The notes under the pieces: generated by a model | The model's input: only the letters and a program-made list of their open reading frames with translations | What the model was told of the DNA's origin: nothing | Database searches by the model: none | Translations under genes and position numbers: made by a program | Assembly (NCBI GenBank): GCA_041748555.1 | Contig: JBGTDA010000021.1 | Span: 12,497-76,496 of the forward strand | Source: Rhodonellum sp. | GTDB lineage: Bacteria > Bacteroidota > Bacteroidia > Cytophagales > Cyclobacteriaceae | Reading direction: 5' to 3' | Length of the DNA: 64,000 nucleotides | Shown here: positions 1-9,054 of the stretch, piece by piece | Numbering within the stretch: the first letter of the stretch is position 1 | How the letters are laid out: each line of letters opens with the position of its first letter

Positions 1-1020
1 GCAGTTTCGGAGGAAATCGGAAGATCAATGTCCGATTATATTGTCGTCGCTACCAAAAGTACAGTTCCCGTCACCACCGGGGAAAAAGTCAGGGCAGCGA
101 TACAGGGAGCTTTGAAGGAAAGAGGTTCCGGTCTTACTTTTGCTGTGGCATCAAATCCTGAATTTTTGAAAGAAGGTGCCGCAATCGAGGATTTTTTGAG
201 ACCGGACAGAATCGTAGTAGGAGTCGATGATGACAGGGCCGAAGAAATTATGAAGAGACTTTATAAGCCTTTTCAGCTCAGCGGTGACAGAATAATCTAT
301 ATGGACATTCCTTCTGCGGAAATGACAAAGTATGCTGCAAATGCCATGCTCGCTACAAAAATTTCTTTTATGAACGACATTGCAAACCTATGTGAATTGG
401 TAGGGGCAAATGTAAATATGGTCAGGAGGGGAATAGGCTCAGACCCCAGAATCGGCAATAAATTCATATACCCAGGTATCGGTTATGGAGGATCTTGTTT
501 TCCAAAAGATGTAAAAGCCATCATTAAAACCGGGAAACAATACGGATATGATCTTCGGGTTTTGGAAGCTGTAGAGGAAGTCAACGAAGACCAAAAACAT
601 GTCCTGGTAAATAAAGTGAAACAGTATTTTGGTGATGATTTAAGTGGAAAAACATTTGCAATGTGGGGATTGAGCTTCAAGCCAAATACCGATGATCTTA
701 GAGAAGCACCTGCTATCGTCATTATTGATGAGCTTATAGCTGCCGGAGCCAAAGTAAAAGCATATGATCCGGTAGCGATGGAAGAAGCAAAAGCCCATTA
801 CATTGGAGATAAGATTACTTATGCCACAGATGCATATGATGCATGTGTGGATGCAGACGCACTGCTTTTGGTAACGGAATGGTCCGAATTCAGGATTCCA
901 AGTTGGGATGCGCTCGGCAAACTGCTTCAGCAGAAAATTGTCTTTGACGGAAGAAACATATACGACCATAAATACCTGACCGAATTCGGATTCGAGCATT
1001 TTGGTATTGGTGCCGGTTAA
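1..1020 (+). CDS. ugd: UDP-glucose 6-dehydrogenase, C-terminal ~340 aa (5' end lies upstream of the window)
   Basis: Frame 1 is open from nt 1 (AVSEEIGRSM...), so the listed ATG at 28 is internal. The product carries UDP-glucose/GDP-mannose dehydrogenase hallmarks: NPEFLKEGAAIEDF, the catalytic-Cys motif GGSCFPKDV, and a C-terminal UDP-binding domain ending FDGRNIYD. Confidence 0.9.
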   Translation, partial: AVSEEIGRSMSDYIVVATKSTVPVTTGEKVRAAIQGALKERGSGLTFAVASNPEFLKEGAAIEDFLRPDRIVVGVDDDRAEEIMKRLYKPFQLSGDRIIYMDIPSAEMTKYAANAMLATKISFMNDIANLCELVGANVNMVRRGIGSDPRIGNKFIYPGIGYGGSCFPKDVKAIIKTGKQYGYDLRVLEAVEEVNEDQKHVLVNKVKQYFGDDLSGKTFAMWGLSFKPNTDDLREAPAIVIIDELIAAGAKVKAYDPVAMEEAKAHYIGDKITYATDAYDACVDADALLLVTEWSEFRIPSWDALGKLLQQKIVFDGRNIYDHKYLTEFGFEHFGIGAG

Positions 1021-1038
1021 ATTTCCTGAGTTCAATAA

Positions 1039-1088
1039 ATCCTTTCAGGATACCGTTATCATATCCTGATCCGGTATTTTGAAAGGAT
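1039..1088 (+). terminator. Candidate hairpin (terminator or attenuator) downstream of ugd
   Basis: Nested inverted repeats follow the ugd stop. ATCCTTTCA (1039-1047) pairs with TGAAAGGAT (1080-1088), enclosing CAGGATA (1046-1052) / TATCCTG (1062-1068). The region is AT-rich and has no clean U-tract, so this is a weak call. Confidence 0.25.
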
Positions 1089-1147
1089 AATTCATATTAA
1101 AGTGTTTTGCTGATTGAAGAAAATGGGTATAATAAATTGTTCAATAA

Positions 1148-2281
1148 GTGGAAAAAATGAAAAACACAGATAATCATTCCAGATCGGATATTGACATGAA
1201 TTATCTGGAACTCCTCACTTTGATTTTGAGGGAGAAAAGAATGATTCTGTATTTTTCCATTCTAGGTTTGACCATTGGATTGTTGATCGCATATACTACC
1301 CCAAAGGAATATCTGACCACTACTGTTACCTTATCCGAATCTGAAGAATCCAGCCAAAGCTTTGGTCAAATGGGAGCATTGGCGGGCTTTGCAGGTTTAA
1401 ACATGCCACAGCTGGGAGGAACACAATCCTCCATTTCTCCCGAGATGTATCCCGAGATTGTAAGCAGTAAAGATTTTTTGCTCAACTTGATGAAGGAGGA
1501 GTTTTATTTTGAAACAAAAGGTAATTCCATGTCTCTTCAGAATTATTATGTTGAGGAAAGGCCAGGCAATGTTGTTCAAAAATCCATCAATTTTATACTG
1601 GGATTACCGGTATATATTATCAATCTGTTTGAAAGTGATGAACCTCTTACTCCTCAAGCTGAAAGTGGGGAGGTAGTTGCCGAAGAACCCAATTCAAATA
1701 AATACAGCAAAGTATCTTCCGCCGAAAATTATACCCTGGGGCAATTAAAAAAAAGGATAACCATCGAAGTCAACAAGAAAGTAATCACTGTTAAGGTTTC
1801 TATGCCGGAACCGCTGATTTCTGCTCAGGTGAATGTTTTGGTGCTTGAGGAACTGATTGATTTTGTCACCGAATACCGAACTGCCAAACAAACTGCAAAT
1901 GTCTCCTTTATCAACGAAAGTGTGGAGGAGGCTGAAGAAAAATTTAAGGAAGCACAGAACAATCTGGCAGTTTTCAGAGATCTGAACCAAGGAATTGTTT
2001 CTCAAAGAGCCAAAATAAAAGAAGAGCAACTGCAGTCTGAATTCAATATTGCGTTCAATGTATTCAACACGCTTCGTCAGGAGCTGGAACAATCCAATAT
2101 TCAGCTGAAAAGACAGCGACCGGTATTTACAACGCTTGAAAAAGCATCTGTCCCATTGGGGAATTCTAAACCGAACAAACCTCTGATAATTGTTTTTTCA
2201 TTATTTTTGGGTGCGTTTTTTGGATTTATCTTTTTGGTAATGAAAATAGTGATTAACAGCTTGAAATTGGACAATAATTAA
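1148..2281 (+). CDS. wzz: Polysaccharide chain-length determinant (Wzz/PCP-1-like, no kinase domain)
   Basis: 377 aa. It has an N-terminal TM helix (ILYFSILGLTIGLLIAY), a long hydrophilic and partly coiled-coil middle, and a C-terminal TM helix (PLIIVFSLFLGAFFGFIFLVM) after a Pro-rich stretch, which is the Wzz topology. The listed start is GTG; an in-frame ATG at 1157 is the more likely start. Confidence 0.7.
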   Translation: MEKMKNTDNHSRSDIDMNYLELLTLILREKRMILYFSILGLTIGLLIAYTTPKEYLTTTVTLSESEESSQSFGQMGALAGFAGLNMPQLGGTQSSISPEMYPEIVSSKDFLLNLMKEEFYFETKGNSMSLQNYYVEERPGNVVQKSINFILGLPVYIINLFESDEPLTPQAESGEVVAEEPNSNKYSKVSSAENYTLGQLKKRITIEVNKKVITVKVSMPEPLISAQVNVLVLEELIDFVTEYRTAKQTANVSFINESVEEAEEKFKEAQNNLAVFRDLNQGIVSQRAKIKEEQLQSEFNIAFNVFNTLRQELEQSNIQLKRQRPVFTTLEKASVPLGNSKPNKPLIIVFSLFLGAFFGFIFLVMKIVINSLKLDNN

Positions 2282-3406
2282 ATGAGTGGAATTCAGATGG
2301 TGGACCTAAAGTCCCAATATCATAAAATTAAAGATCAGGTAGATCTTGCGATCCAGGAGGTAATCGATAATACCGCTTTCATCAATGGGCCACAAGTAAA
2401 GGAATTTGCCAATGACTTAGCTGCATTTACAGGAGCAAAACATGTTATTCCCTGTGCCAATGGCACTGATGCATTACAGATTGCCATGATGGCACTTGAT
2501 TTTAAGCCAGGGGATGAAGTAATTGTTCCCACTTTCACTTATGTGGCTACTGTTGAAGTGATCGCTCTTTTGGGATTGAAACCTGTTTTCATAGATGTTA
2601 CTCCTGATACTTATGAGCTTGATGTCAACCAACTTCGGGAAAAACTTTCCGAAAGAACTGTAGGGATCGTACCTGTTCACCTGTATGGACAGTGCAGCAA
2701 TATGGAAGCAATTTTGGCATTTTCTACGGAGCACGGTTTGAAGATTGTAGAGGATACTGCCCAGGCTATAGGAGCAAATTATACTTTTTCAGATGGAAGG
2801 AAAGCTCAGGCAGGGACAATGGGGGATATCGGTACAACTTCTTTTTTCCCTTCCAAAAACCTGGGTTGCTTTGGAGACGGTGGGGCGATGTTTACCAATG
2901 ATGATGATTTGGCGGCCAAACTTCAGATGATTGCCAATCACGGTCAGAAAGAGAAATATTATCACGACAGTATTGGTGTAAATTCAAGATTGGATACGCT
3001 TCAAGCTGCTATTTTGAGGGTCAAATTAAAGCACCTCAATAAATATTCAGACGCAAGAAATGAAGTGGCAAATCGCTATGATGAAGCTTTTGCCAACCAC
3101 TCCAACATCACCATACCTGCTCGGGTTAAGAATTCGACTCATGTTTTCCATCAATATACCATTCAAACCAACGACATAAAGAGGGATGATCTGAAAAAGT
3201 TTCTTGCAGAAAAGGGTGTGCCTTCCATGGTCTATTACCCGGTTGCACTTCATCTGCAAACCGCATATCAGGAATTCGGATTCAAAAAAGGTGATTTTCC
3301 TGTTGCTGAGGATCTTTGTGAGAAGGTGTTGTCCCTTCCAATCCACACGGAAATGAAAGCCGAGGAACAAGCCTTTATCATTGAAACCATAAAAAGTTAC
3401 TTTTAA
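2282..3406 (+). CDS. wbpE: UDP-2-acetamido-2-deoxy-3-oxo-glucuronate aminotransferase (WbpE/WlbC-type DegT family)
   Basis: 374 aa, alignable by eye along most of its length with P. aeruginosa WbpE. Shared stretches include CANGTDALQIAMMAL, GDEVIVPTFTYVATVE, VHLYGQC, TSFFPSKNLGCFGDGGA (PLP lysine) and GVNSRLDTLQAAIL. The start abuts the wzz stop (TAAATG). Confidence 0.85.
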   Translation: MSGIQMVDLKSQYHKIKDQVDLAIQEVIDNTAFINGPQVKEFANDLAAFTGAKHVIPCANGTDALQIAMMALDFKPGDEVIVPTFTYVATVEVIALLGLKPVFIDVTPDTYELDVNQLREKLSERTVGIVPVHLYGQCSNMEAILAFSTEHGLKIVEDTAQAIGANYTFSDGRKAQAGTMGDIGTTSFFPSKNLGCFGDGGAMFTNDDDLAAKLQMIANHGQKEKYYHDSIGVNSRLDTLQAAILRVKLKHLNKYSDARNEVANRYDEAFANHSNITIPARVKNSTHVFHQYTIQTNDIKRDDLKKFLAEKGVPSMVYYPVALHLQTAYQEFGFKKGDFPVAEDLCEKVLSLPIHTEMKAEEQAFIIETIKSYF

Positions 3407-3407
3407 A

Positions 3408-3980
3408 ATGAAAGAATATTTTGCGCACGAAACTGCTGTGATCGATGAAGGCTGTGAGATTGGTGAAGGAACGAAAATCTGGCACTTTTCTCATATCATG
3501 TCCGGTTGTAAAATCGGCAAACAATGTAACCTAGGTCAAAATGTAGTGGTTTCCTCTCAAGTTGTGTTGGGAAATAATGTAAAGGTTCAGAACAATGTAT
3601 CCATTTATACTGGCGTGACCTGTTCCGATGACGTATTTTTGGGACCTTCAATGGTTTTCACAAACGTCATCAATCCAAGGAGTGCGGTCAACCGAAAATC
3701 AGAATATGCCGAAACGCATGTTGGGAAGGGAGCGACAATAGGAGCCAATGCAACCATCGTGTGCGGTCACAATATTGGACCCTACGCTTTTGTAGGAGCA
3801 GGTGCGGTGATTACAAAAACAGTCCCGGCATATGCCTTGATGGTAGGGAATCCTGCCAAACAAATCGGCTGGATGAGTGAATATGGTATGAAACTGGAAT
3901 TTGACGAAAGCGGTTTGGCGATTTGTAAGGATAGTAAAGAGCAATATAGATTGGAAAACAATCAGGTGAAAAAAATCTAA
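3408..3980 (+). CDS. wbpD: UDP-2-acetamido-3-amino-2,3-dideoxy-glucuronate N-acetyltransferase (WbpD/WlbB-type left-handed beta-helix)
   Basis: 190 aa with hexapeptide repeats. WbpD-like blocks are present: KIWHFSHI, VQNNVSIY, GPSMVFTNVINPRS, GATIGANATIVCG, YAFVGAGAVITKTVPAYALMVGNPAKQIGWMSEYG. It sits between the WbpE and WbpB homologues. Confidence 0.85.
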   Translation: MKEYFAHETAVIDEGCEIGEGTKIWHFSHIMSGCKIGKQCNLGQNVVVSSQVVLGNNVKVQNNVSIYTGVTCSDDVFLGPSMVFTNVINPRSAVNRKSEYAETHVGKGATIGANATIVCGHNIGPYAFVGAGAVITKTVPAYALMVGNPAKQIGWMSEYGMKLEFDESGLAICKDSKEQYRLENNQVKKI

Positions 3981-3981
3981 T

Positions 3982-4950
3982 ATGAAGAATTTTGCATTGA
4001 TCGGCGCGGCAGGCTATATCGCACCGAGACATATGAAGGCAATAAAAGACACCCAGAACAACCTGCTTACCGCATTCGATAAATTCGATAGTGTAGGTGT
4101 AATGGACAGTTATTTTCCGGATGCCGATTTTTTTACGGAATTCGAGCGTTTTGACAGACACGTTGAAAAACTAAAAAGAAGCGACCAGAAAATTAATTAT
4201 GTGAGTATCTGCTCGCCCAATTATCTGCACGATTCCCATATCAGATTTGGATTACGGGTGGGGGCAGATGTCATCTGCGAAAAACCTTTGGTTCTAAATC
4301 CATGGAATATTGATGCACTTAAAACTGTGGAAGAAGAACATGGGCAAAAAGTATATAACATACTTCAACTTAGGGTACATAATTCTATCATTGCATTGAA
4401 AAAGAAAATAGAGGCTGGACCAAAGGACAAGATTTATGACATTGATCTGGCCTATATCACCTCTCGTGGCCATTGGTACTATTCCAGTTGGAAAGGTGAT
4501 TTAAGTAAATCCGGAGGCATTGCTACCAACATCGGTGTTCATTTTTATGATATGTTGACGTGGGTATTTGGAGAGGTGAAACAGAATATTGTGCATGTCC
4601 ATACCCATGATCGTGCATCGGGTTATTTTGAACTAGAAAATGCCCGGGTTAGATGGTTTTTGAGTATAAACCCTGATACTTTACCTGAAGATGTTAAGGC
4701 AAAAGGAGGTAGAACTTACAGATCTTTACAAATGGAAGGTCAGGAAATTGAGTTCAGTGAAGGCTTTACCGAATTACATACAAAAAGTTATCAGCATATT
4801 CTTGATGGCAATGGTTTTGGTTTGGAAGAAGCAAGGAGATCCATTCAGATAGTACATGATATCAGGCATATGGAACCTATTGGATTAAAAGGTGATTATC
4901 ATCCCCTTGCAAATGCTCCCTTTAGCAGCCATCCGTTTTCACTCAAATAA
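3982..4950 (+). CDS. wbpB: UDP-GlcNAcA 3-dehydrogenase (WbpB/WlbA-type Gfo/Idh/MocA oxidoreductase)
   Basis: 322 aa. The N-terminus MKNFALIGAAGYIAPRHMKAIKDT closely matches the P. aeruginosa WbpB N-terminus as I recall it. Other shared blocks: VSICSPNYLH, DVICEKPL, YNILQLR, ITSRGHWYYSSWKGD, GIATNIGVHFYDML, ARVRWFLS. Confidence 0.85.
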   Translation: MKNFALIGAAGYIAPRHMKAIKDTQNNLLTAFDKFDSVGVMDSYFPDADFFTEFERFDRHVEKLKRSDQKINYVSICSPNYLHDSHIRFGLRVGADVICEKPLVLNPWNIDALKTVEEEHGQKVYNILQLRVHNSIIALKKKIEAGPKDKIYDIDLAYITSRGHWYYSSWKGDLSKSGGIATNIGVHFYDMLTWVFGEVKQNIVHVHTHDRASGYFELENARVRWFLSINPDTLPEDVKAKGGRTYRSLQMEGQEIEFSEGFTELHTKSYQHILDGNGFGLEEARRSIQIVHDIRHMEPIGLKGDYHPLANAPFSSHPFSLK

Positions 4951-4964
4951 TTAAAAAATCCTAA

Positions 4965-6083
4965 GTGGAAAAATCCGAAAATCCGATATTCCTTTCAAGA
5001 CCAAATCTACTTGCCGAAGACATAGAGGCTGTGGTGGAAGTGTTGAAATCAGGAAATCTGGTTCAAGGTCAAAAGGTTCTTGAATTTGAACAAAAAATAG
5101 CTCGGTACAATGGATGTGATTATGTGACGGCGGTTTCCAATGGAACAGCAAGTCTTCACCTGGCCTTGGTTACGCTGAATATTGGAACTGGAGATGAAGT
5201 GATCATTCCTGCCTTTTCTTACATCGCAACGGCTAACGCCATTGAATTGGTTGGAGCAAAACCTGTATTCGTTGATATCGATCTTGAAACTTTCAATATT
5301 GACACCGCAAAAATTGAACAGGCGATTACACCGAGAACAAAATGCATCATGCCGGTTCATGAATTCGGTTTATGTGCCGAAATGGATGAAATTCTGGCTT
5401 TGGCAGCTGAATATAAACTTTACATTATTGAAGATGCGGCTTGTGCCATAGGAGCAAAGTATAAAGGAAGGTATGCGGGAACATTCGGAGATTTTGGTTC
5501 TTATTCATTGCATCCCCGAAAATCAGTCACTTCCGGAGAAGGGGGCATCGTCGTTTCTAAAGCAGCCCATTATGATCAACTTGTTAAAACGTTGAGAAAC
5601 CATGGTATTGAGTTTAACAGTAATCCTATGGATTTTGTCCTGCCCGGGTTCAATTACAGAATGACAGATTTTCAGGCTGCTTTAGTGTCCAGCCAATTCA
5701 ACAGATTAGATCAGATTTTAAATACCAAGGATCAGCTTGCAAATTTGTATCTGAAATTGCTTGAAAATCCTTCCATTTCACTTCCGGTTGTTCCTGCAGA
5801 CTGTACGCATACCTGGCAGACCTTTCATGTTCTTTGTGAGTCAAACTCATACAGAAATGGCCTTATGGCTCATTTGAAAGCTCATAATGTTTTCTGCAAT
5901 TACGGTGCGCAATGCATTCCCGAAATGACTTTCTACAAAAAAAAGTATCAACTTGATGTAAATGCTGATTTTAAAAATGCCTATAAATCCTACTCATGCG
6001 GATTGGCTTTACCTTTGGGTGAACTGCTGACTGCGGCTGAGGTGCAATATATTTGTCAAATAATTAATGATTATAAAGAATGA
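4965..6083 (+). CDS. DegT/DnrJ/EryC1/StrS-family sugar aminotransferase (second copy)
   Basis: 372 aa. Motifs: [29 protein letters not shown], and the PLP-lysine region [15 protein letters not shown]. It needs the GTG start at 4965, since no upstream in-frame ATG precedes the conserved N-terminus. Confidence 0.8.
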   Translation: MEKSENPIFLSRPNLLAEDIEAVVEVLKSGNLVQGQKVLEFEQKIARYNGCDYVTAVSNGTASLHLALVTLNIGTGDEVIIPAFSYIATANAIELVGAKPVFVDIDLETFNIDTAKIEQAITPRTKCIMPVHEFGLCAEMDEILALAAEYKLYIIEDAACAIGAKYKGRYAGTFGDFGSYSLHPRKSVTSGEGGIVVSKAAHYDQLVKTLRNHGIEFNSNPMDFVLPGFNYRMTDFQAALVSSQFNRLDQILNTKDQLANLYLKLLENPSISLPVVPADCTHTWQTFHVLCESNSYRNGLMAHLKAHNVFCNYGAQCIPEMTFYKKKYQLDVNADFKNAYKSYSCGLALPLGELLTAAEVQYICQIINDYKE

Positions 6084-7033
6084 TTGAGAACAAAAATATT
6101 TTTATCACCGGAGGAGCCGGTTTTATTGCCAACACATTGATCAGAAGATATGTAGGCAACAACAAGATCACGGTATACGATAATTTTCACCGTGACACCC
6201 TGACGGGTAGTGACTTGGCCAGCCATGAAAATATCAAGATTGTAAAAGGTGATGTCTTGGATTTTGATCTCCTTGTAACCAGTATGAAAGGAGCCGATAT
6301 TGTCGTTCATGCCGCGGGAATTGCCGGGATTGATACCGTCATTAAGGATCCGGTCAGGACCATGAGAGTCAATATGATAGGAACTTCCAATGCCTTGGAG
6401 GCAGCGAAAATAAATCAGGTTTCTGATAGGTTCATTGATTTTTCCACTTCAGAGGTTTTTGGATCAATGGCTTTCAGGTCCACTGAAGAGGATGTTACCG
6501 TATCGGGTTCGGCCGGTGAGGCAAGATGGACATATGCAGTTTCAAAACTGGCCGGAGAACATCTGGCACACGCCTATTACAATCAATATAAGCTTCCCGT
6601 TGTAACCGTCAGACCGTTTAATGTTTATGGACCTGGTCAGACGGGGGAAGGTGCGATTCAGATTTTCATCAAACGTGCATTGAAAAATGAGGATATCAAA
6701 ATCGATGGTGATGGAAATCAGATCAGAGCCTGGTGTTTCGTGGATGACTTTGTGGAATGTCTTGTTAAATGTATCGAGGATCCCAAAGCGATAGGAAACA
6801 GCTTTAACCTCGGCAATGCCAGAGCGGTAATCACTATTCTAGGGCTGGCACAAACAGTTTGCAGAGTCCTTAAGTCAGAATCACAGATTTATTTTGCACC
6901 GCCACTATCCGCAGATATTGCAATCCGAATTCCAAGTGTTGAAAAAACCTTTAAGGTGTTGGGATTTAAGGCAAAAGTCGATTTGGAAGAGGGCGTCTTG
7001 AAGACGGCAGAATGGATGAAAACCTTAAATTAA
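6080..7033 (+). CDS. NAD-dependent epimerase/dehydratase (extended SDR)
   Basis: 317 aa. It has a Rossmann motif ([12 protein letters not shown]) and the Ser/Thr-Tyr-Lys triad context (FSTSEVFG ... YAVSKLAGE). It overlaps the previous gene by 4 nt (ATGA). Confidence 0.8.
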   Translation: MIENKNIFITGGAGFIANTLIRRYVGNNKITVYDNFHRDTLTGSDLASHENIKIVKGDVLDFDLLVTSMKGADIVVHAAGIAGIDTVIKDPVRTMRVNMIGTSNALEAAKINQVSDRFIDFSTSEVFGSMAFRSTEEDVTVSGSAGEARWTYAVSKLAGEHLAHAYYNQYKLPVVTVRPFNVYGPGQTGEGAIQIFIKRALKNEDIKIDGDGNQIRAWCFVDDFVECLVKCIEDPKAIGNSFNLGNARAVITILGLAQTVCRVLKSESQIYFAPPLSADIAIRIPSVEKTFKVLGFKAKVDLEEGVLKTAEWMKTLN

Positions 7034-7039
7034 TATAAT

Positions 7040-7624
7040 TTGGAAAGGAGGAATTTTCTGGAAAATGATGATCAGGAGAAGATTTATGATGCTATCATTG
7101 GTCTTCACCAAAACCTTGACGATGCATTTTTGGAAAAACACAACAGGTCACTTCCTTTTGCAGATACCCTTTTGGATAGGTGGGAACGTGCGCGTAAATT
7201 GGGTTTTGGTGAAAAAACATCCATCTACGACAGCAGCTTGGTTATTGGTGATGTAAAAGTGGGATCGAATTGTTGGATTGGACCTTTTTCCATAGTTGAT
7301 GGAAGCGGGGGATTGAAAATCGGAGATTTTTGCACCATTTCAGCCGGTGTTCACATTTACACCCACGATAACGTCAAACAGACTTTGAGTTCCGGGACAA
7401 TGCCGATCGAAAGATCACCTATAAGTATCGGGAATAATGTTTATCTTGCTCCGAATGTGATAGTTGCAAAAGGAGTAACTATTGGCAATTTTTGTGTGAT
7501 AGGTGCAAATGCATTTGTGAACAAAGAAATTCCGTCCCATTCCATTGCAATAGGTCAACCTGCAAAGGTTATAGGAAAGGTGGAGGTCAGCGATACAGGC
7601 GAAATAGCGTTTATATATAATTAA
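7040..7624 (+). CDS. Hexapeptide-repeat acetyltransferase (WbbJ/Mac-like)
   Basis: 194 aa. A left-handed beta-helix repeat region (VIGDVKVGSNCWIGPFSIVDG..., IGNNVYLAPNVIVAKGVTIGNFCVIGANAFV) follows an N-terminal helical segment. The frame opens only at 7034 and has no ATG before the domain, so a TTG start at 7040 is required. Confidence 0.7.
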   Translation: MERRNFLENDDQEKIYDAIIGLHQNLDDAFLEKHNRSLPFADTLLDRWERARKLGFGEKTSIYDSSLVIGDVKVGSNCWIGPFSIVDGSGGLKIGDFCTISAGVHIYTHDNVKQTLSSGTMPIERSPISIGNNVYLAPNVIVAKGVTIGNFCVIGANAFVNKEIPSHSIAIGQPAKVIGKVEVSDTGEIAFIYN

Positions 7625-7728
7625 TCTCTATTCACTTACATTTTTGGTAGGAATGTTGATGCACCTTTTTTGTAAATGATTAATTTATTCTTGCTGAAAT
7701 AAATTGATTCTACATAATTTCTAATTAA

Positions 7729-9051
7729 ATGATGAAGGTATTCATTGGAATGACGGAAATAGCAGGTTATTATCATAATCTAGCTATAGGACTTAAAGAA
7801 AATGAAGTCGAAACGTCTGAATTTTACCTGAGTGACCATATTTTTCAATACAATTCCCAATTAGAATCATTACCGTGGATTTTCAGGATTTATCGCAGGT
7901 TCAAAGCAAAACGAGAGATCAACAATTCAAACAAGCTTTCAAAATCTTTTTATTTTTTCTTGGGCAGTATAGTATCCTATACTTTTTTGGCATGGGCAAT
8001 TTTAAAATATGATGTTTTTGTATTTGGATTTGGAACTTCAATTCTAAACAAGAACAAAGATTTAAAAATCCTGAGAAAATTCAATAAAACCGTTGTATCG
8101 GTGGTTATTCATGGTTCCGAATCACGACCTCCTTATATAAATGGTGCCAAAAGAATGCCTACCGGGGATTTCCTGCCGGCAGGGGCCTTGATCAAAATGG
8201 CTCAGCATATGAAAAATCAAATGAAGGTCATTGAGCAAAATTCTGATTATGTGCTTGCGGCCCCTTTTACCAGTCAGTTTTTGGAAAAAGAATTTATAAA
8301 TCATTTTCATATTGGATTACCATTTAAGATAAAGAAAGAGCCTTTGAATATGGAGAATTCAAAGGACAATCTTCCCGTTCGGATCTTGCATTCACCTTCA
8401 AAACCATTGGCCAAAGGAACCTATGAAATCCGAAAAGCCATCCAATCTTTAAAAAATCAAGGTTACGATGTAGATTTTGTTGAGGTAATAAATCAGCCTA
8501 ATGCTGTGGTGATTGAAGAGTTGCAACGATGTGATTTTATCATAGATCAGCTTTACAGCGATACCCCTTTGGCAGGTTTTGCAACCGAAGCCGCATTTTA
8601 TGGAAAACCGGCAATAGTGGGAGGTTATGGTTGGGAGCTGTTAAAGACCCTATTACCTACAGAGATTTTTCCTCCAAGTGAAATTTGTCATCCCGATAAA
8701 CTTGAAGATGCCATTGTCAAATTGATAGAGGACAAAGACTACAGGATCAGTTTGGGAAAACAAGCCATGAAATATGTCAACCAAAATTGGGAAGCAAAAA
8801 TTGTTGCTGCCAAGTTCATCAAAATTTTTACACGCCAAATAGATCCTGCTTGGCTGATAGATCCGAATGATGTAAAATATGTTTCGGGGGTAGGAATATC
8901 CGAAACCGATGCCAAAAACCTTATCGGTCAGGTCATCCATCAAGGAGGTGTTGATGCCCTTTCTGTTAATGGAAACAGGTCTTTGCAGACAGCACTCACA
9001 GAATTTGCCAATGAGGACCAGAAGGTCCTTGTTCCGCAGAATTCCCATTAA
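7729..9051 (+). CDS. Uncharacterised protein, possibly a GT-B-fold glycosyltransferase
   Basis: 440 aa. It has a Rossmann-like N-terminus (MKVFIGMTEIAGYY), a central ILHSPSKPLAKGT motif resembling the start of the C-terminal half of some GT1-like enzymes, and a ~70 aa C-terminal tail I cannot place. It has no canonical E-x7-E motif. Confidence 0.4.
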   Translation: MMKVFIGMTEIAGYYHNLAIGLKENEVETSEFYLSDHIFQYNSQLESLPWIFRIYRRFKAKREINNSNKLSKSFYFFLGSIVSYTFLAWAILKYDVFVFGFGTSILNKNKDLKILRKFNKTVVSVVIHGSESRPPYINGAKRMPTGDFLPAGALIKMAQHMKNQMKVIEQNSDYVLAAPFTSQFLEKEFINHFHIGLPFKIKKEPLNMENSKDNLPVRILHSPSKPLAKGTYEIRKAIQSLKNQGYDVDFVEVINQPNAVVIEELQRCDFIIDQLYSDTPLAGFATEAAFYGKPAIVGGYGWELLKTLLPTEIFPPSEICHPDKLEDAIVKLIEDKDYRISLGKQAMKYVNQNWEAKIVAAKFIKIFTRQIDPAWLIDPNDVKYVSGVGISETDAKNLIGQVIHQGGVDALSVNGNRSLQTALTEFANEDQKVLVPQNSH

Positions 9052-9054
9052 AAT

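Noticed and set aside
483-1035. Two minus-strand ORFs (89 and 131 aa) antisense to ugd.
   Set aside because: They lie entirely inside a strongly supported conserved CDS. Their translations are low-complexity with no recognisable motifs. They are typical shadow ORFs.
7065-7256. An ATG-initiated 63-aa ORF in another frame at the start of the acetyltransferase gene, considered as an alternative to the TTG-start call.
   Set aside because: The hexapeptide-repeat domain is encoded only in the 7040 frame. The 63-aa product has no features and ends inside the domain.
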